Origin: Candidatus Thorarchaeota archaeon
Lineage (GTDB): Archaea > Asgardarchaeota > Thorarchaeia > Thorarchaeales > Thorarchaeaceae
Assembly: GCA_046482545.1 (NCBI GenBank)
Contig: JAWOEX010000032.1
Coordinates: 1-64,000, forward strand
Direction of reading: 5' to 3'
Length of the DNA stretch: 64,000 bases
Under the pieces are notes generated by a model, which saw only the letters and a list, made by a program, of their open reading frames with translations, made no database searches and was not told where the DNA came from. The translations under genes and the position numbers were made by a program. The first letter of the stretch is position 1. The number at the start of each line of letters is the position of its first letter. Shown in pieces: positions 62,406 to 64,000 of this stretch.

Positions 62406-62540
62406 AATTGGTGACCATCCGCCGCAAAGATAGGGCCAGCTCTACCACTTTAGGTTTTTGATAACATGAAGAATTCGATGAGATTCATCTAGACATACTT
62501 TTGAGGGAGTATACAATAACCCCTTGTTGGCGAAGATACC

Positions 62541-63416
62541 ATGTTGTTTGACCCAGGATTTACTGATTTGCTGCGGGATGCATTGCCATGGGCAGGCCCT
62601 TTCTTTCGCATCATCACCGAGCTAGGGTCGGAGACTTTCTACATTGCTTTCATTCTGATTGTATACTGGGTGTTCGACAAACGGTCTGCCCTCAGAACGG
62701 CATTTGTTCTCCTATCTAGTCTTCTGCTTAATTACTGGCTAAAGGCTATTATTCAGAATCCTAGGCCAGATCCAAGCAATTGGTACGGGGATTATGAGGC
62801 AAGCAATTACAGTACTCCGAGTGGCCATGCTCAGAATTCGGCGTCATTCTTTGGATGGATTGCGGCAGAAGCAAAGACCTATTGGGTGTATGTGCTTTCT
62901 TCTCTGCTGATATTCCTCATCGGAATTTCGCGAGTATATCTCGGCGTTCATTATCTGACGGATGTTGTGTTGGGCTGGTTTGTTGGTCTACTCCTCATTC
63001 TGGTGGTTGTCTTGTCAGAGGATTGGATTCAGAAACAGCTTTCCAAGCTCAGTAGATCACAGCTATATGGAGGGTTATTTGTTGTCGGACTTGTGGTCAC
63101 TCTCGTCAGTACGTATCTACTCCCTTCGGCCCCGGGAGATAACTTCGGTGCGCTAGGTGGTCTTGTGATGGGCATCGCGGTTGCCTTACCTCTGGAACAG
63201 AGGTATGTCGGCTTTGAAAGCAGTATCTCCAAGGATGCGAAATGGAAATCAATCCTCAGAATAATCATTGGGCTTGTTTTGGTAATTGCATCATTGATTG
63301 GCCTTGGTATTTTTCTACCATCCGAAATTGTATGGCTCAGAGCCCTCCGGTACGCAATCGTCGTATTTATCGGGGTATTTATCTGGCCTTATCTGTTTCA
63401 GAAGTCTGGCCTCTAG
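62541..63416 (+). CDS. PAP2 family membrane phosphatase
   Basis: K..IQNPRP, PSGHAQ, SRVYLGVHY..DV..G. Confidence 0.92.
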   Translation: MLFDPGFTDLLRDALPWAGPFFRIITELGSETFYIAFILIVYWVFDKRSALRTAFVLLSSLLLNYWLKAIIQNPRPDPSNWYGDYEASNYSTPSGHAQNSASFFGWIAAEAKTYWVYVLSSLLIFLIGISRVYLGVHYLTDVVLGWFVGLLLILVVVLSEDWIQKQLSKLSRSQLYGGLFVVGLVVTLVSTYLLPSAPGDNFGALGGLVMGIAVALPLEQRYVGFESSISKDAKWKSILRIIIGLVLVIASLIGLGIFLPSEIVWLRALRYAIVVFIGVFIWPYLFQKSGL

Positions 63417-63444
63417 TTGTCAAAGACCTCGAAAATCAATAGAT

Positions 63445-64000
63445 TCAGAGGTATTCAGTTGCTTCCACCTGTGCTATCTTGACACCCGCGCTGTGGGCAT
63501 ATTTCTGCAGTAACTGCCAACATACAGCAAGCAGAACCGGCAGAATGAGGTAGGAATAGATTGGTCCTGCTATGATTCCAGCTATTACTATGCCAAATAT
63601 TCCAACGTAACCTACCAGATACGGAATAAGCTGTGCTCGCAAGATGCTCCAGCCCCGTATTGGCATCTGCACACTCGAACCTCGTTGACGTGTAACCCGT
63701 CTTTCAGCTTTGAAATCCCCTCCCATAGCAGCGGCATTTGCAGCAATCGCTCCAGATGCTAGATTGACTCCGACACAGCCAACTATAACACCTGGTAGGT
63801 ATATCCACAACTGAGGTGCGATGAAGAGTATCAGAATGGAAACTATGATACTTGCGATAAAGGTGAAGGGTGTGGCGCTGTATATCTTCCCCTTGATGTA
63901 ATCCTCCATATTCGCCGCGGCGAGCTGCAGTGTCATCAGGTTTTCACCTTCATACACCAGCTCATATCCAGCGAAGTAAAGCCCGTATGATGTAGCAAAG
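63445..64000 (-). CDS. ABC-2-type permease-like membrane protein, C-terminal part (5' end lies outside the window)
   Basis: Frame is open to the window edge; YEGENLMTLQL..YIKGK motif, TM helices. Confidence 0.65.
   Translation of the reverse strand, partial: FATSYGLYFAGYELVYEGENLMTLQLAAANMEDYIKGKIYSATPFTFIASIIVSILILFIAPQLWIYLPGVIVGCVGVNLASGAIAANAAAMGGDFKAERRVTRQRGSSVQMPIRGWSILRAQLIPYLVGYVGIFGIVIAGIIAGPIYSYLILPVLLAVCWQLLQKYAHSAGVKIAQVEATEYL

Noticed and set aside
294-63513. Numerous short ORFs antisense to or nested in long genes (e.g. 2508-3053, 49216-49740, 60958-61503)
   Set aside because: Shadow frames of well-supported genes with no independent motifs
1-64000. tRNA, rRNA, IS elements, integrases
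   Set aside because: No cloverleaf, rRNA signature, transposase motif or terminal inverted repeats recognised by eye; a covariance-model scan was not possible

Overview
Archaeal chromosomal window, most likely an Asgard archaeon (Thorarchaeia-like). This is inferred from gelsolin-like and longin-like proteins, GGTG/GAGG ribosome-binding sites, frequent TTG/GTG starts and TATA-type promoters. Housekeeping and catabolic genes include galT-galK-GH38 mannosidase, MPG glycosylase, trpB2, nadB, P5C dehydrogenase, polX, a radical SAM protein, a D-cysteine desulfhydrase-family enzyme, an SCP2/hydrolase/FabK-like/Fe-ADH/AOR lipid-aldehyde cluster, pepD and PAP2. Three regions stand out. (1) A 16-kb tightly coupled operon (20385-36681) encodes an ABC permease, two ABC ATPases, a membrane-anchored subtilase with catalytic Ser->Ala plus a GIFT-like domain, a ~2250-aa single-pass receptor (FG-GAP propeller, roughly 70 Ca-binding repeats, TM helix, cytoplasmic coatomer-appendage-like Ig domain) and a TPR protein. 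(2) A divergent cassette (44356-47945) holds three atypical TRAFAC-like GTPases lacking the G4 Asp plus a GAP1-N2-like partner, resembling bacterial GTPase-centred conflict systems. (3) The trpB2 5' region carries TGTACA TRP boxes, an unannotated 23-aa Trp-Tyr-Tyr leader ORF and alternative RNA helices, suggesting archaeal attenuation. No rRNA, tRNA, CRISPR array or transposase was recognised. All family assignments come from motif recognition by eye, not database searches.
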